Of a DNA stretch of 51,721 nt, positions 1 through 7,937 are shown piece after piece. The DNA is from a virus (lineage: Duplodnaviria; Caudoviricetes). The DNA is taken from IMG/VR virus record IMGVR_UViG_3300032303_001618, positions 1 to 51,721 of that record; one strand, given 5' to 3'. The notes under the pieces are model-generated. The model made no database searches. It was not told the DNA's origin and saw only the letters and a list, made by a program, of their open reading frames with translations. The first letter of the stretch is position 1. Each line of letters opens with the position of its first letter. The position numbers and the translations under genes are program-made.

Positions 1-2
1 CT

Positions 3-185
3 ATGCGATATTATGAAGATGAAAACGACTATCCATTTGATTACGAGAGCGTTATAGATAGCACTCATTTTGATGATCTTCTGGAAGAAGAAGATTATGA
101 GGATGATGTCTATGATATGGAAGATGAGGGCGATGAGTGGATCGACTCCTACAATAATGTAGAAGACGAGATTGTGGACGAATAA
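3..185 (+). CDS. acidic D/E/Y-rich hypothetical protein
   Basis: 60 aa ORF, strongly acidic composition, same strand as neighbours. Confidence 0.6.
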   Translation: MRYYEDENDYPFDYESVIDSTHFDDLLEEEDYEDDVYDMEDEGDEWIDSYNNVEDEIVDE

Positions 186-192
186 ACCTAAC

Positions 193-278
193 GTGGATGC
201 CTCTCGGTGGGACGAGACTCTTTTCTATAATTCTTTCTTTCTTATCTCAAGTAGTACGTTCGAATCGTACCATCCACT
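193..278 (+). ncRNA. tRNA-like RNA (acceptor + T-arm, aberrant anticodon arm)
   Basis: GTGGATG/CATCCAC acceptor stem; GTACG-TTCGAAT-CGTAC T-arm; GAGA/TCTC stem closing a 27 nt pyrimidine-rich loop. Confidence 0.65.
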
Positions 279-281
279 CTT

Positions 282-788
282 ATGAATACGTTGAATCAGA
301 AATTAGATGATTTTAGAGTAATGCCAGACGGCAAGGTGATTCAAGGTGCTAGCCACACCTGTATGGTGTTGAACCATAAAATTAGAAATAAGGCTATCGT
401 AAAGGCGGTTTGCGATCTTCGCAGAATTAAGGAACAGTTTGATAGTATTGTTTGTTGTGGTACTAGCGGTTTGATGGTTGTGCCACAAATAGCAGAATTG
501 CTAGATAAACATATTGTTGTAATTAGAAAGCCAGAAACAAAATCATATAGCGATTTTATTATAGAGGGCGTAATTCCTTTTAGATATGTTATTGTTGATG
601 ATCTGGTTTGCTCTGGCTCTACTATCAAATTTATTAAGAATACCATCTACGAAGAATGTCCTAAGTCTAGATGCGTTGGCGTTTACTGCTATATGCCAGA
701 TGAGTGTGCATATAACACCGAGAACGCTAAACTTTTTGAGCGTGACTTTGGTACGCTTTTCTTAAATCCAGGCCCACCAAGGACTTAG
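282..788 (+). CDS. type I phosphoribosyltransferase
   Basis: PRPP-binding loop VIVDDLVCSGST; N-terminal GTSG and IRK motifs. Confidence 0.85.
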   Translation: MNTLNQKLDDFRVMPDGKVIQGASHTCMVLNHKIRNKAIVKAVCDLRRIKEQFDSIVCCGTSGLMVVPQIAELLDKHIVVIRKPETKSYSDFIIEGVIPFRYVIVDDLVCSGSTIKFIKNTIYEECPKSRCVGVYCYMPDECAYNTENAKLFERDFGTLFLNPGPPRT

Positions 789-841
789 GGCGAGCTGGGC
801 CGGCCCCGCGTGATGTAACTCCTTACGTCTCAACACCTTAC
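762..841. repeat. pair of TAA-N19-TTA sites (762-788, 815-841)
   Basis: Quasi-palindromic 27 bp sites 53 bp apart; same arrangement at 1925-2004. Confidence 0.7.
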
Positions 842-872
842 GGCGAGAAAATTTTTTCGCAAGTTTTCCCTC

Positions 873-900
873 TTGACAGGCCGATAACATACTGTAGAAT
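873..900 (+). promoter_or_regulatory. sigma70-type early promoter
   Basis: TTGACA-16-TAGAAT with GCCGATA in the spacer. Confidence 0.8.
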
Positions 901-944
901 AGGTGGAGTTGAACGAAGTAAGGTAACACGAAAGGGTTAATGAT

Positions 945-1895
945 ATGGCTCATGCAGTTGAACAGATGATGTTTGTTGGTGCGACCCCTTGGCACGGTCT
1001 TGGGAATAAGTTGGACGAGGCTCCCACAATTTCTGAAGCGATTACCGCTGCTGGCCTTGATTGGGAGGTTGGTCTTAAGGATCTTTTTACTCAGGATGGC
1101 GTCCCGGTTCCTGCACGGGCAACCTATCGTAAGAGCGACGAGTCTATCTTGGGCGTTGTTGGTCCGCGATATACCCCGCTGCAAAACAGCGATGCTTTCG
1201 ATTGGTTTCAGCCGTTTCTCGACGCTAACGAGTGCCAACTCCATACCGCCGGATCGCTCCATAGCGGTCAAAAAGTATGGGTTCTTGCTCAACTCAACCG
1301 CGACAATAGCGAGATCGTGAAGGGTGACGAGGTTTCTAAGTTTATCCTTCTCTCCAATAGCCACGATGGTACAACTGCGATTCGCGTCGGATATACTCCG
1401 ATTCGGGTTGTGTGTGCGAACACGATGGCTATGGCCCATAGCAAGGGTAGCGGTTCGCAACTGATTCGGATTCGACACACTCGCTCTAGCCAGAAGAATC
1501 TGGAACAGGTGCGGGATATTATGGATAACATTAATGTCCAGTTCGAGGCTACTGCGGAGCAGTTCCGCTTCCTCGCCACCAAGAACTTTAATCAAGGCGA
1601 TATTCGTCGCTACGTTAAGGTAATGCTGGGTATCGAAGGTACGCCCGACGAGGATGTTAAGACTCGTACGAGAAATATCATGGACGAGATTCTCACTCTC
1701 GTGGAAGGGCCGAAGCAATCGGCAACTGGCGTGAGGGGTACTTGGTGGGCCGCTTATAACGGCTACAATGAATACCTTAACTACAACAAGGGTCGCACGA
1801 CCGACAACCGACTCGATTCGCTCTGGTTCGGCCAGAACGCGAACGATAACAGCAAGGCGTTAACGACCGCTCTGGAGTTCGCAAACGCTATCTAA
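945..1895 (+). CDS. DUF932 family phage/plasmid protein
   Basis: PWHGLG, AGLDWEV, LSNSHDG, TPIRVVCANT, RHT and GTWWAAYN motifs; GC-rich codon usage. Confidence 0.9.
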   Translation: MAHAVEQMMFVGATPWHGLGNKLDEAPTISEAITAAGLDWEVGLKDLFTQDGVPVPARATYRKSDESILGVVGPRYTPLQNSDAFDWFQPFLDANECQLHTAGSLHSGQKVWVLAQLNRDNSEIVKGDEVSKFILLSNSHDGTTAIRVGYTPIRVVCANTMAMAHSKGSGSQLIRIRHTRSSQKNLEQVRDIMDNINVQFEATAEQFRFLATKNFNQGDIRRYVKVMLGIEGTPDEDVKTRTRNIMDEILTLVEGPKQSATGVRGTWWAAYNGYNEYLNYNKGRTTDNRLDSLWFGQNANDNSKALTTALEFANAI

Positions 1896-1924
1896 TCCTT
1901 TCGTGCGGTGAACCCCGCCTCGCT

Positions 1925-2004
1925 CTAAGTCCTTTGCCCAAGGGGACTTAGGGTGAGCGGGGCCCGCAAATTTAGTCGTAAGTTTAGTATTGACAAGGGG
2001 TTAC
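1925..2004. repeat. pair of TAA-N19-TTA sites (1925-1951, 1978-2004)
   Basis: CTAAGTCC..GGACTTAG palindrome plus a second site 53 bp downstream. Confidence 0.7.
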
Positions 2005-2038
2005 GGCAAATTTCTTCAAAGAATCTCAACTTACGTCA

Positions 2039-2067
2039 TGGACAAACGCCCTAAGTGACGATACAAT
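2039..2067 (+). promoter_or_regulatory. sigma70-type promoter
   Basis: TGGACA-17-TACAAT with GACGAT abutting the -10. Confidence 0.6.
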
Positions 2068-2173
2068 GGAACGTAAGGCTAGTAATGGTAAGGGTTTAGG
2101 ATAAGAAAGATTTAGAGTTATGTCAACTGGTATAATTCTAAGTCTATTTAAGTCCACCCCTTGATTGTCCAAT

Positions 2174-2235
2174 GTAATCCTACGGATTTGGCGGTCGTGG
2201 CGATAGTCAGCGAATTTCTAGGGGTCAATTAATTT
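2174..2235 (+). repeat. dispersed TAGTCAGCG intergenic repeat, copy 1
   Basis: GTAATCCTACGGATTTG..TGGCGATAGTCAGCGA, nearly identical to 3157-3220. Confidence 0.75.
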
Positions 2236-2250
2236 AGCAGGAGAAGTTGT

Positions 2251-2457
2251 ATGAAATTGGTGAAAGTGCAAATTGAATTGATTATTGATGATGATGAGAA
2301 CTTTTATCTTCCTAATGAGATTAGTAGTGGTGTTTTTACTCCTAGGTTTGATAATGATAAGATAGCCCAATATTTAAATAATAAACTTTATACTGATCCT
2401 GAGTTCTTTGGGGATTTTGGTCCTGAAAATATTGTGGAGGTTAAAGAATGGGAATGA
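2251..2457 (+). CDS. hypothetical protein
   Basis: ORF with AGGAG RBS. Confidence 0.7.
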   Translation: MKLVKVQIELIIDDDENFYLPNEISSGVFTPRFDNDKIAQYLNNKLYTDPEFFGDFGPENIVEVKEWE

Positions 2458-2645
2458 TTACTGTTACGGATAAAAATAGAGAAGATATTATTCGGGTCTA
2501 TGCTTCTAACATCTTGGATCATATGGACTTTGATACTCTATATAGTTTTGCTTATGAGCAATTGGTGGAGAGTAAGAGTCTTATGGATAATGAGCCTTTG
2601 GAGAATGAGATTAAAGATTATTATCCGGATATTCTAGAAGACTGA
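2454..2645 (+). CDS. hypothetical protein, paralog of 3345-3575
   Basis: ATGA overlap; NRE.II..Y...I...P.IL.D pattern shared with the paralog. Confidence 0.7.
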   Translation: MITVTDKNREDIIRVYASNILDHMDFDTLYSFAYEQLVESKSLMDNEPLENEIKDYYPDILED

Positions 2646-2683
2646 TTGTGCAGAGTTGATGTAAATCCTTTATAGTCAAGGAG

Positions 2684-2711
2684 TTGCGACAACCGATAAC
2701 TGTGGTATACT
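2684..2711 (+). promoter_or_regulatory. sigma70-type promoter overlapping a TAA-N19-TTG site
   Basis: TTGCGA-16-TATACT with CCGATA in the spacer. Confidence 0.55.
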
Positions 2712-2904
2712 CTAGTCTCTTGTCCGGTCAATCCTCTCAACCCATTAGGTGATTTTTATTACTATCATTATTCTTCTCAGTATGATTGTGGGTCTGGTTC
2801 ACGGCAATATGGCTATGGCAAGGTAGCCAACAATCTATCATAGTCTGGGTGGTCACTGGGTCAAGTAGAGATTTGTTAGTGTTTGTATAAGATATATATA
2901 ACAT

Positions 2905-2948
2905 CCCCGGACCTGCATAATATTATAACACAGGTTCAATTTGTCAAG
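2905..2948 (-). repeat. 44 bp repeat / minus-strand promoter, shared with 48639-48682
   Basis: 35/44 identity; reads TTGACA-16-TAATAT..GCAGGTCCGGGG on the minus strand. Confidence 0.6.
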
Positions 2949-2957
2949 GGAGCAAGC

Positions 2958-3146
2958 ATGATTAAACCAATCGAAGCTATCTTGTATTTTTACGTTTGGG
3001 TTAATGGTAGTTGGTCTGTGGAATTATCTAACAAAGTATACCATGAGCCAACACATTGTCAAGTTACCGTTAATGATTTAATTACTAATGAGAATGTTTA
3101 TGATCTTAATAAAACATTAGAGTCTGTATTAATAAAGGAGGACTAA
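2958..3146 (+). CDS. hypothetical protein
   Basis: ATG 2958 with GGGAG RBS. Confidence 0.6.
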   Translation: MIKPIEAILYFYVWVNGSWSVELSNKVYHEPTHCQVTVNDLITNENVYDLNKTLESVLIKED

Positions 3147-3156
3147 GCTGTCTCTG

Positions 3157-3220
3157 GTAATCCTACGGATTTGCAGTCTTGGCGATAGTCAGCGAGTTTA
3201 TGGAGTCAGTTAAAAATTTT
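3157..3220 (+). repeat. dispersed TAGTCAGCG repeat, copy 2
   Basis: Near-identical to 2174-2235. Confidence 0.75.
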
Positions 3221-3344
3221 GATGGACAATATCTTGACCTCTGGTAAAATATCGTAGTCAACGGAGCCAGATGCCACCCGTGAAAATGGTGGGCAATTGG
3301 AATCATGGGCAAATGTATTTATTACTTTTACCATGAGGTGTTTT

Positions 3345-3575
3345 ATGTATAAGATTGATGATTTTAACAGAGAAATAATTATAGATAGATATGTTGATGA
3401 TATCATTGGTAATCTCCACTTTTTGGAAACCAAAGAACTCCTAAAGGATCATCTGTTAACGGAAAAACATAAGTTAACAAATGAGGAGTTAGAATATGAG
3501 GTAACTAGGCACGCGCCCGAAATACTATCCGATATTTATATCGAAGAAATGATAGAGGGGGTGTATCATGCCTAA
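3345..3575 (+). CDS. hypothetical protein, paralog of 2454-2645
   Basis: ATG 3345 with GAGGTG RBS; similarity to the paralog. Confidence 0.7.
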   Translation: MYKIDDFNREIIIDRYVDDIIGNLHFLETKELLKDHLLTEKHKLTNEELEYEVTRHAPEILSDIYIEEMIEGVYHA

Positions 3576-3798
3576 ATTATTTAATAGAATAATTTCTTTT
3601 AGGGTAGAGGGTGAGATTTATGACAATACCACCAAACCAGAAGATATTATTAAGAGTTATGATTGGTCATTCAGGCACGATGCGGGGAATTCTATATTCT
3701 GCTCTGCTTCATATGATGATAATCGTGGTCGCATAACAAACATGACCAGATTAAAAGAAATCAAGAAGTGGAAAAACCAGATACTGAATATTTCCTAA
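3568..3798 (+). CDS. hypothetical protein
   Basis: ORF coupled to the upstream gene, with RBS. Confidence 0.65.
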   Translation: MPKLFNRIISFRVEGEIYDNTTKPEDIIKSYDWSFRHDAGNSIFCSASYDDNRGRITNMTRLKEIKKWKNQILNIS

Positions 3799-3817
3799 TA
3801 TAATCTATGTAATAAAT

Positions 3818-3844
3818 GCCCCCGAAAACACTCGGGGGTTTTTT
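3818..3844 (+). terminator. rho-independent terminator
   Basis: GCCCCCGA-aaacac-TCGGGGGT hairpin followed by a T tract. Confidence 0.8.
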
Positions 3845-3851
3845 GTTTCAC

Positions 3852-3910
3852 CTAACCTAATAGGATTGGTTTTAGTGGTCGTAGTCAGCGGGTTTTTAGG
3901 GTCAGCGAAC
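3852..3910 (+). repeat. dispersed TAGTCAGCG repeat, copy 3
   Basis: GATTGGTTTTAGTGGTCGTAGTCAGCG; resembles copy 4. Confidence 0.6.
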
Positions 3911-3943
3911 TTGCCACAAAGGATTGGTTGTTTATTATGAAAT

Positions 3944-4798
3944 ATGAGCAACAAACTTCTAACTATCGGCATGAGTACCTATGATGATTTTCATGGGGTG
4001 TATTTCAGCCTTCAAGCATTAAGAATGTATCACCCAATATTCGCCACAAATGATGTGGAGCTATTGGTTATAGATAATAATCCGGATGGGGCTCATGGTA
4101 AAGCTGTTCATGATCTAGTCAAGGGGTGGATTGGACATACAGCAAAATATATTCCTTATAAGAATAAAACCAGTACCGCTGTTAGAAATGAAATCTTTAG
4201 AAATGCAACTGGCAAGTATACCATCTCTATTGATTGTCACGTAATGATTAGGTCTGGCGGAATAGATAAATTATTAGAATATTTTAGCAACAATCCAGAT
4301 TGTAAGGATATAGTCCAGGGACCTTTATGGTATGATGATCTGAAAAATTTCTCCACAGAATTTTCTCCGGTGTGGAGAGATAGTATGTATGGAACTTGGC
4401 ATATTAATAAGGCTGGTTATGATAGTGGCCAACCTTTTGAAATTCCAATGATGGGCCTGGGGTTATTCTCATGCGAAACCAAAAACTGGCTAGGTTTCAA
4501 TGAGCACTTTAGGGGGTTTGGTGGAGAAGAGGGATATATTCACGAGAAGTTTAGAAGGGCTGGTGGTAAGGCTATTTGTATTCCTCAACTAATGTGGGTT
4601 CATAGATTTGGTAGACCAGATGGGGTTAAATATCCATTAAGAACAGAAGATAGAGTTTTCAATTATTTTGTGGGGTGGTTGGAAATTACTAAAGATATTA
4701 ATCATGAAATGGTTAAGACAGCATACGAACACTTTAAGGATAAGATCCCGGGCAGAATAGACGAACTATTAGAGGAAGCAAAAAAGTTAACTCTATAA
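3944..4798 (+). CDS. glycosyltransferase family 2 protein
   Basis: GT-A fold: LLVIDNN, RN..F..A.GKY..SIDCH, F.GFGGEE. Confidence 0.85.
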   Translation: MSNKLLTIGMSTYDDFHGVYFSLQALRMYHPIFATNDVELLVIDNNPDGAHGKAVHDLVKGWIGHTAKYIPYKNKTSTAVRNEIFRNATGKYTISIDCHVMIRSGGIDKLLEYFSNNPDCKDIVQGPLWYDDLKNFSTEFSPVWRDSMYGTWHINKAGYDSGQPFEIPMMGLGLFSCETKNWLGFNEHFRGFGGEEGYIHEKFRRAGGKAICIPQLMWVHRFGRPDGVKYPLRTEDRVFNYFVGWLEITKDINHEMVKTAYEHFKDKIPGRIDELLEEAKKLTL

Positions 4799-4811
4799 AA
4801 ATTGTACCACC

Positions 4812-4858
4812 TTAACCCCCAGATTCGGTTTTTAGTGTTATAGTCAGCGAGTTTTTAA
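4812..4858 (+). repeat. dispersed TAGTCAGCG repeat, copy 4
   Basis: GATTCGGTTTTTAGTGTTATAGTCAGCGAG. Confidence 0.6.
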
Positions 4859-4871
4859 TAAGGAATAAATT

Positions 4872-5030
4872 ATGGCAAAGAAAAAAGCAGTTAAGAAAGT
4901 TTGTGCAAAGAAATGTAAGAAGGTTTGTACAAAGAAGACTGAGGTAATAGATAGTCCAGAACCAGTTGTATCTTTTGAATCATCAACACCCAAGACTCTT
5001 CTACAAAGAATATACGATTTCTTTTTTTGA
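4872..5030 (+). CDS. small Lys-rich protein (MAKKKAVKKVCAKKCKK...)
   Basis: Manually translated 52 aa ORF with AAGGA RBS. Confidence 0.6.
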   Translation: MAKKKAVKKVCAKKCKKVCTKKTEVIDSPEPVVSFESSTPKTLLQRIYDFFF

Positions 5031-5032
5031 TT

Positions 5033-5191
5033 ATGATAAATATATTTGGCCAAATCCCCTCTATAGTTAAACGCCCCCTTTGCCCAACATTCATTCATGA
5101 TGATCCCACAAGAATAATCATATCAATTTTGGGAATAGTAATAGCATCCATAGTCCTATACAACATACTCAAATCCTTCAACAACTCATGA
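5033..5191 (+). CDS. small single-TM protein
   Basis: 52 aa, hydrophobic segment IIISILGIVIASIVLY. Confidence 0.5.
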   Translation: MINIFGQIPSIVKRPLCPTFIHDDPTRIIISILGIVIASIVLYNILKSFNNS

Positions 5192-5304
5192 CAACTCTAC
5201 AAATATTGGCTATTTTATTCTGCTCTTTTAGTTATCCCCTTATAGTTTTATTCACATACTATCTCCACTCTGCTAAAACAAAAGACCCCACATCTCATAA
5301 GTAG
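5188..5304 (+). CDS. small single-TM protein
   Basis: 38 aa, ATGA overlap, hydrophobic. Confidence 0.45.
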   Translation: MTTLQILAILFCSFSYPLIVLFTYYLHSAKTKDPTSHK

Positions 5305-5311
5305 CATTTTT

Positions 5312-5440
5312 ATGAACATGAAAAAATTTGAAGAAATTAGTACCAAAACATATAGAAGCATAGTTTTTGTAGGAGCAAGTACCTTGTTTCTTATGATTGC
5401 TGTGAGACTTTTTGTTTTTTCTTTATTCTACACCCCATAA
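5312..5440 (+). CDS. small single-TM protein
   Basis: 42 aa, hydrophobic C-terminal half. Confidence 0.45.
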   Translation: MNMKKFEEISTKTYRSIVFVGASTLFLMIAVRLFVFSLFYTP

Positions 5441-5619
5441 AACCTATCACTTTTTCACTTTGCATTTCCCATGTTCGGGGAAAAATGGGGTTTTAAAGCG
5501 TTTTTCTTATCTTATATTATAGAAAAATAGACGCATTTTAACTTATTGCTTTTGCCGGTAATCTAATACGGTGAAGAAAAGGGCTAAAGTCAAAGATTAG
5601 GAATGGCCGATATTCTCTA

Positions 5620-5648
5620 TTGACAACCCAGTGGATAGGTTGTATACT
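5620..5648 (+). promoter_or_regulatory. sigma70-type promoter
   Basis: TTGACA-17-TATACT; GCCGATA just upstream. Confidence 0.8.
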
Positions 5649-5693
5649 GGTATGGATGGTAAGAGGAAGTTTTAGGTATTTGTCGGGAAAAAG

Positions 5694-5879
5694 ATGTATA
5701 AACAGATTCTATTGACCGATAAGGAACTAGAACTTTTAGCCTCTATCATTCAATATTATATTGACCAAAAGAGAGATAAACCGGGTTTTGAAATCAATAA
5801 TGCTCATATTGTTTTAAGACATATTTGTGGGGTTGATTCCCACCAGAACACTAATCAAATAACCTTTTGTGGGAAATAA
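5694..5879 (+). CDS. hypothetical protein
   Basis: First ORF after the promoter. Confidence 0.65.
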   Translation: MYKQILLTDKELELLASIIQYYIDQKRDKPGFEINNAHIVLRHICGVDSHQNTNQITFCGK

Positions 5880-6126
5880 ACCAGAAATGAACAAAGAATC
5901 AAATCCCGATAGTTTCAATAGTTTTGCCCTCTCTGTGGCCGATTATATCGACGCTGAATATGGCGACTCAGAGTTTGAGGGGCTAAATGAAGATGAAAAG
6001 CAAACCATTTATAATATGATGGTGGCCCATTATCATTATGATCGTTGTGTGAGTAATGTGGCTAATGAAATTGTTCATTATCTTAGAATTAGTAGGTCTT
6101 ACAATAAGGAGAATGTTAATGACTAG
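5869..6126 (+). CDS. hypothetical protein
   Basis: ORF in tightly packed operon. Confidence 0.65.
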   Translation: MGNKPEMNKESNPDSFNSFALSVADYIDAEYGDSEFEGLNEDEKQTIYNMMVAHYHYDRCVSNVANEIVHYLRISRSYNKENVND

Positions 6127-6289
6127 TTATGGGGTTGTTGAGCAGAATGGTAAGTTTGTGGTGACTAAAAATGGTCAACCTATTCATCTTCCTAGTAGCA
6201 GCGGATCGTCTATTGTTACGGTCTTTGATACTAAGAGTGATGCTGAGAGGTATTTGGGTATTTTGAAAAATTTGACCAAAGTAAAATGA
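6119..6289 (+). CDS. hypothetical protein, paralog of 8906-9079
   Basis: AGGAG RBS; KF.V...GQPI..P...G.S.V..FD.K.DAERY. Confidence 0.7.
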   Translation: MTSYGVVEQNGKFVVTKNGQPIHLPSSSGSSIVTVFDTKSDAERYLGILKNLTKVK

Positions 6290-6489
6290 TAAAAAAATTT
6301 ACCTACTCTAGCGACTATCTAAACTTTCATATCATTCAAGATATGTTTGTGGGATTTAGTGATAATTTAACCAAGTATGAGTTTGGGCTTATATTTGGGC
6401 CAACAAAGAATGTTGTTAATCCTCCTATGACTAGGGAAGAATTAAAGGGGTTGGCCGATTTTATTTATAAGACTATTGGAGAAAAATGA
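6286..6489 (+). CDS. hypothetical protein with ELKGLADFIY motif
   Basis: ATGA overlap; motif shared with 7547-7897. Confidence 0.7.
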   Translation: MIKKFTYSSDYLNFHIIQDMFVGFSDNLTKYEFGLIFGPTKNVVNPPMTREELKGLADFIYKTIGEK

Positions 6490-6645
6490 GTAAATCACAA
6501 ATTCAAAAACTTATTATAGCATATAGTGCTGCTGGTATTTTTATATGTTCTTGTTTGTGGTGGAATGATCCATTCGCGGCTATGCTTTCTATGGGGTTTA
6601 TACTAGGATTTTTAGGAAATGAAACATTCTTTAATGGTGATGTAA

Positions 6646-7194
6646 ATGACATATAAAAAATTTATTGATAATATTGAGAATATCTATGCGGATCAAGGAG
6701 ACAAGCCAGAATCTGAACGATTAAGGTACGGCCAAATTATAATGATGGAATTATGGCACGTTTGGCCCCAAAAATATCATCAAATTGCTGGTTCAGACAA
6801 AGACCCTCTCCTTGCCCCGGCCCTGTACGATCTTTTAGATGAACTAGAAAAAGAATGGCCCGTTTTTCCTGACAAAACAGATGCTAAAAATTATTCAATA
6901 CCATCACCAGAACAAATTAGAATTCAACGACTAGAAAAAATGACTCCAGAAGATATTGACGATATTAAAGCCATCTTGAGTGAGCAACTTGACATTTTGC
7001 AAAGATTGGGTAAAATTCCATTACCTCTTGGCTCAATACCAGACGATAAATATGAAGAGATCATGATTCTTTATAACAGCGTTATTGAATGTAATAAAAT
7101 CATGAAAGAAATAGTGGACGGGCCTGTTGGTGGAATTGAAAAATTAGTAGAAAGAACAAAACTAAAGATTCCCCCATATCCATTTGAGGATTAA
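6646..7194 (+). CDS. hypothetical protein
   Basis: 182 aa; N-terminal LRYGQ..M..L....P..Y..I.GS..D resembles 14417-14632. Confidence 0.7.
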   Translation: MTYKKFIDNIENIYADQGDKPESERLRYGQIIMMELWHVWPQKYHQIAGSDKDPLLAPALYDLLDELEKEWPVFPDKTDAKNYSIPSPEQIRIQRLEKMTPEDIDDIKAILSEQLDILQRLGKIPLPLGSIPDDKYEEIMILYNSVIECNKIMKEIVDGPVGGIEKLVERTKLKIPPYPFED

Positions 7195-7546
7195 AGAATG
7201 AATAATGCAATTAATGATTGGATAGTTATTGAATTAGATAATGGTCAAGAATATTGGATTGGGATAGATATTGGAGAAAAGAAATGAATATTAATCTTGA
7301 TAAGCATGATATTGGCCTAATTCTTGACGCTCTTGAAAGTTACCAACTTGATATTGAGCATTGGACTAATTTTATTAATAAATATTTGGAGAATAAATAA
7401 TGACTAATGAACTCAAAGACAGAATACGAAACTTTATTGTGAGTTGGGATAATACTATTAATGATGAGTCTATGGGATTGGCCGATTATGATTTATTTTT
7501 AGAAACGGCAATTAGTCTCCTAGAAGAAACTATTGAGGAAAAATAA

Positions 7547-7897
7547 ATGACAACTGGTACAGTCTTTAATGCTAATCAGTTTAAGTTCTTTATAAATAAG
7601 AATGATGATTATCAAAAGAGTTTTACAGGAAAAGATTATAATATTATTCTGGCCCCAACAAAGGGTTATGTTTATCCTAATGCTAATGAGTTTGAACTAA
7701 AAGCGTTGGCCGATTTTATTTATGGTGTTATTGGTGAAGAAAAAGAGTGGGTACATAGTAGACCAATAGTAGGAATTGATGATAATGGTCAACCAATTAT
7801 TATAGACAGTTGGGGAAAGGATAATAATCCCTTAAAAGGTCATCAAAATGCTGTTGATATAACTAGAGCAACTGAACTCCAAAAAGAAAAAGATTAA
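7547..7897 (+). CDS. hypothetical protein with ELKALADFIY motif
   Basis: GAGG RBS; motif shared with 6286-6489. Confidence 0.7.
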   Translation: MTTGTVFNANQFKFFINKNDDYQKSFTGKDYNIILAPTKGYVYPNANEFELKALADFIYGVIGEEKEWVHSRPIVGIDDNGQPIIIDSWGKDNNPLKGHQNAVDITRATELQKEKD

Positions 7898-7937
7898 AAA
7901 ATCTTGGAGTTGAAATAACAAAAAAGGAGCGTGAAGA

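Noticed and set aside
762-1718. 318 aa antisense ORF over DUF932
   Set aside because: Shadow frame produced by the biased codon usage of the real gene; no motifs or RBS
2174-4858. TAGTCAGCG repeats as CRISPR repeats or integron attC sites
   Set aside because: Spacing is 0.7-1 kb, there is no long palindrome or RYYYAAC/GTTRRRY pair, and no cas or integrase gene is in the window
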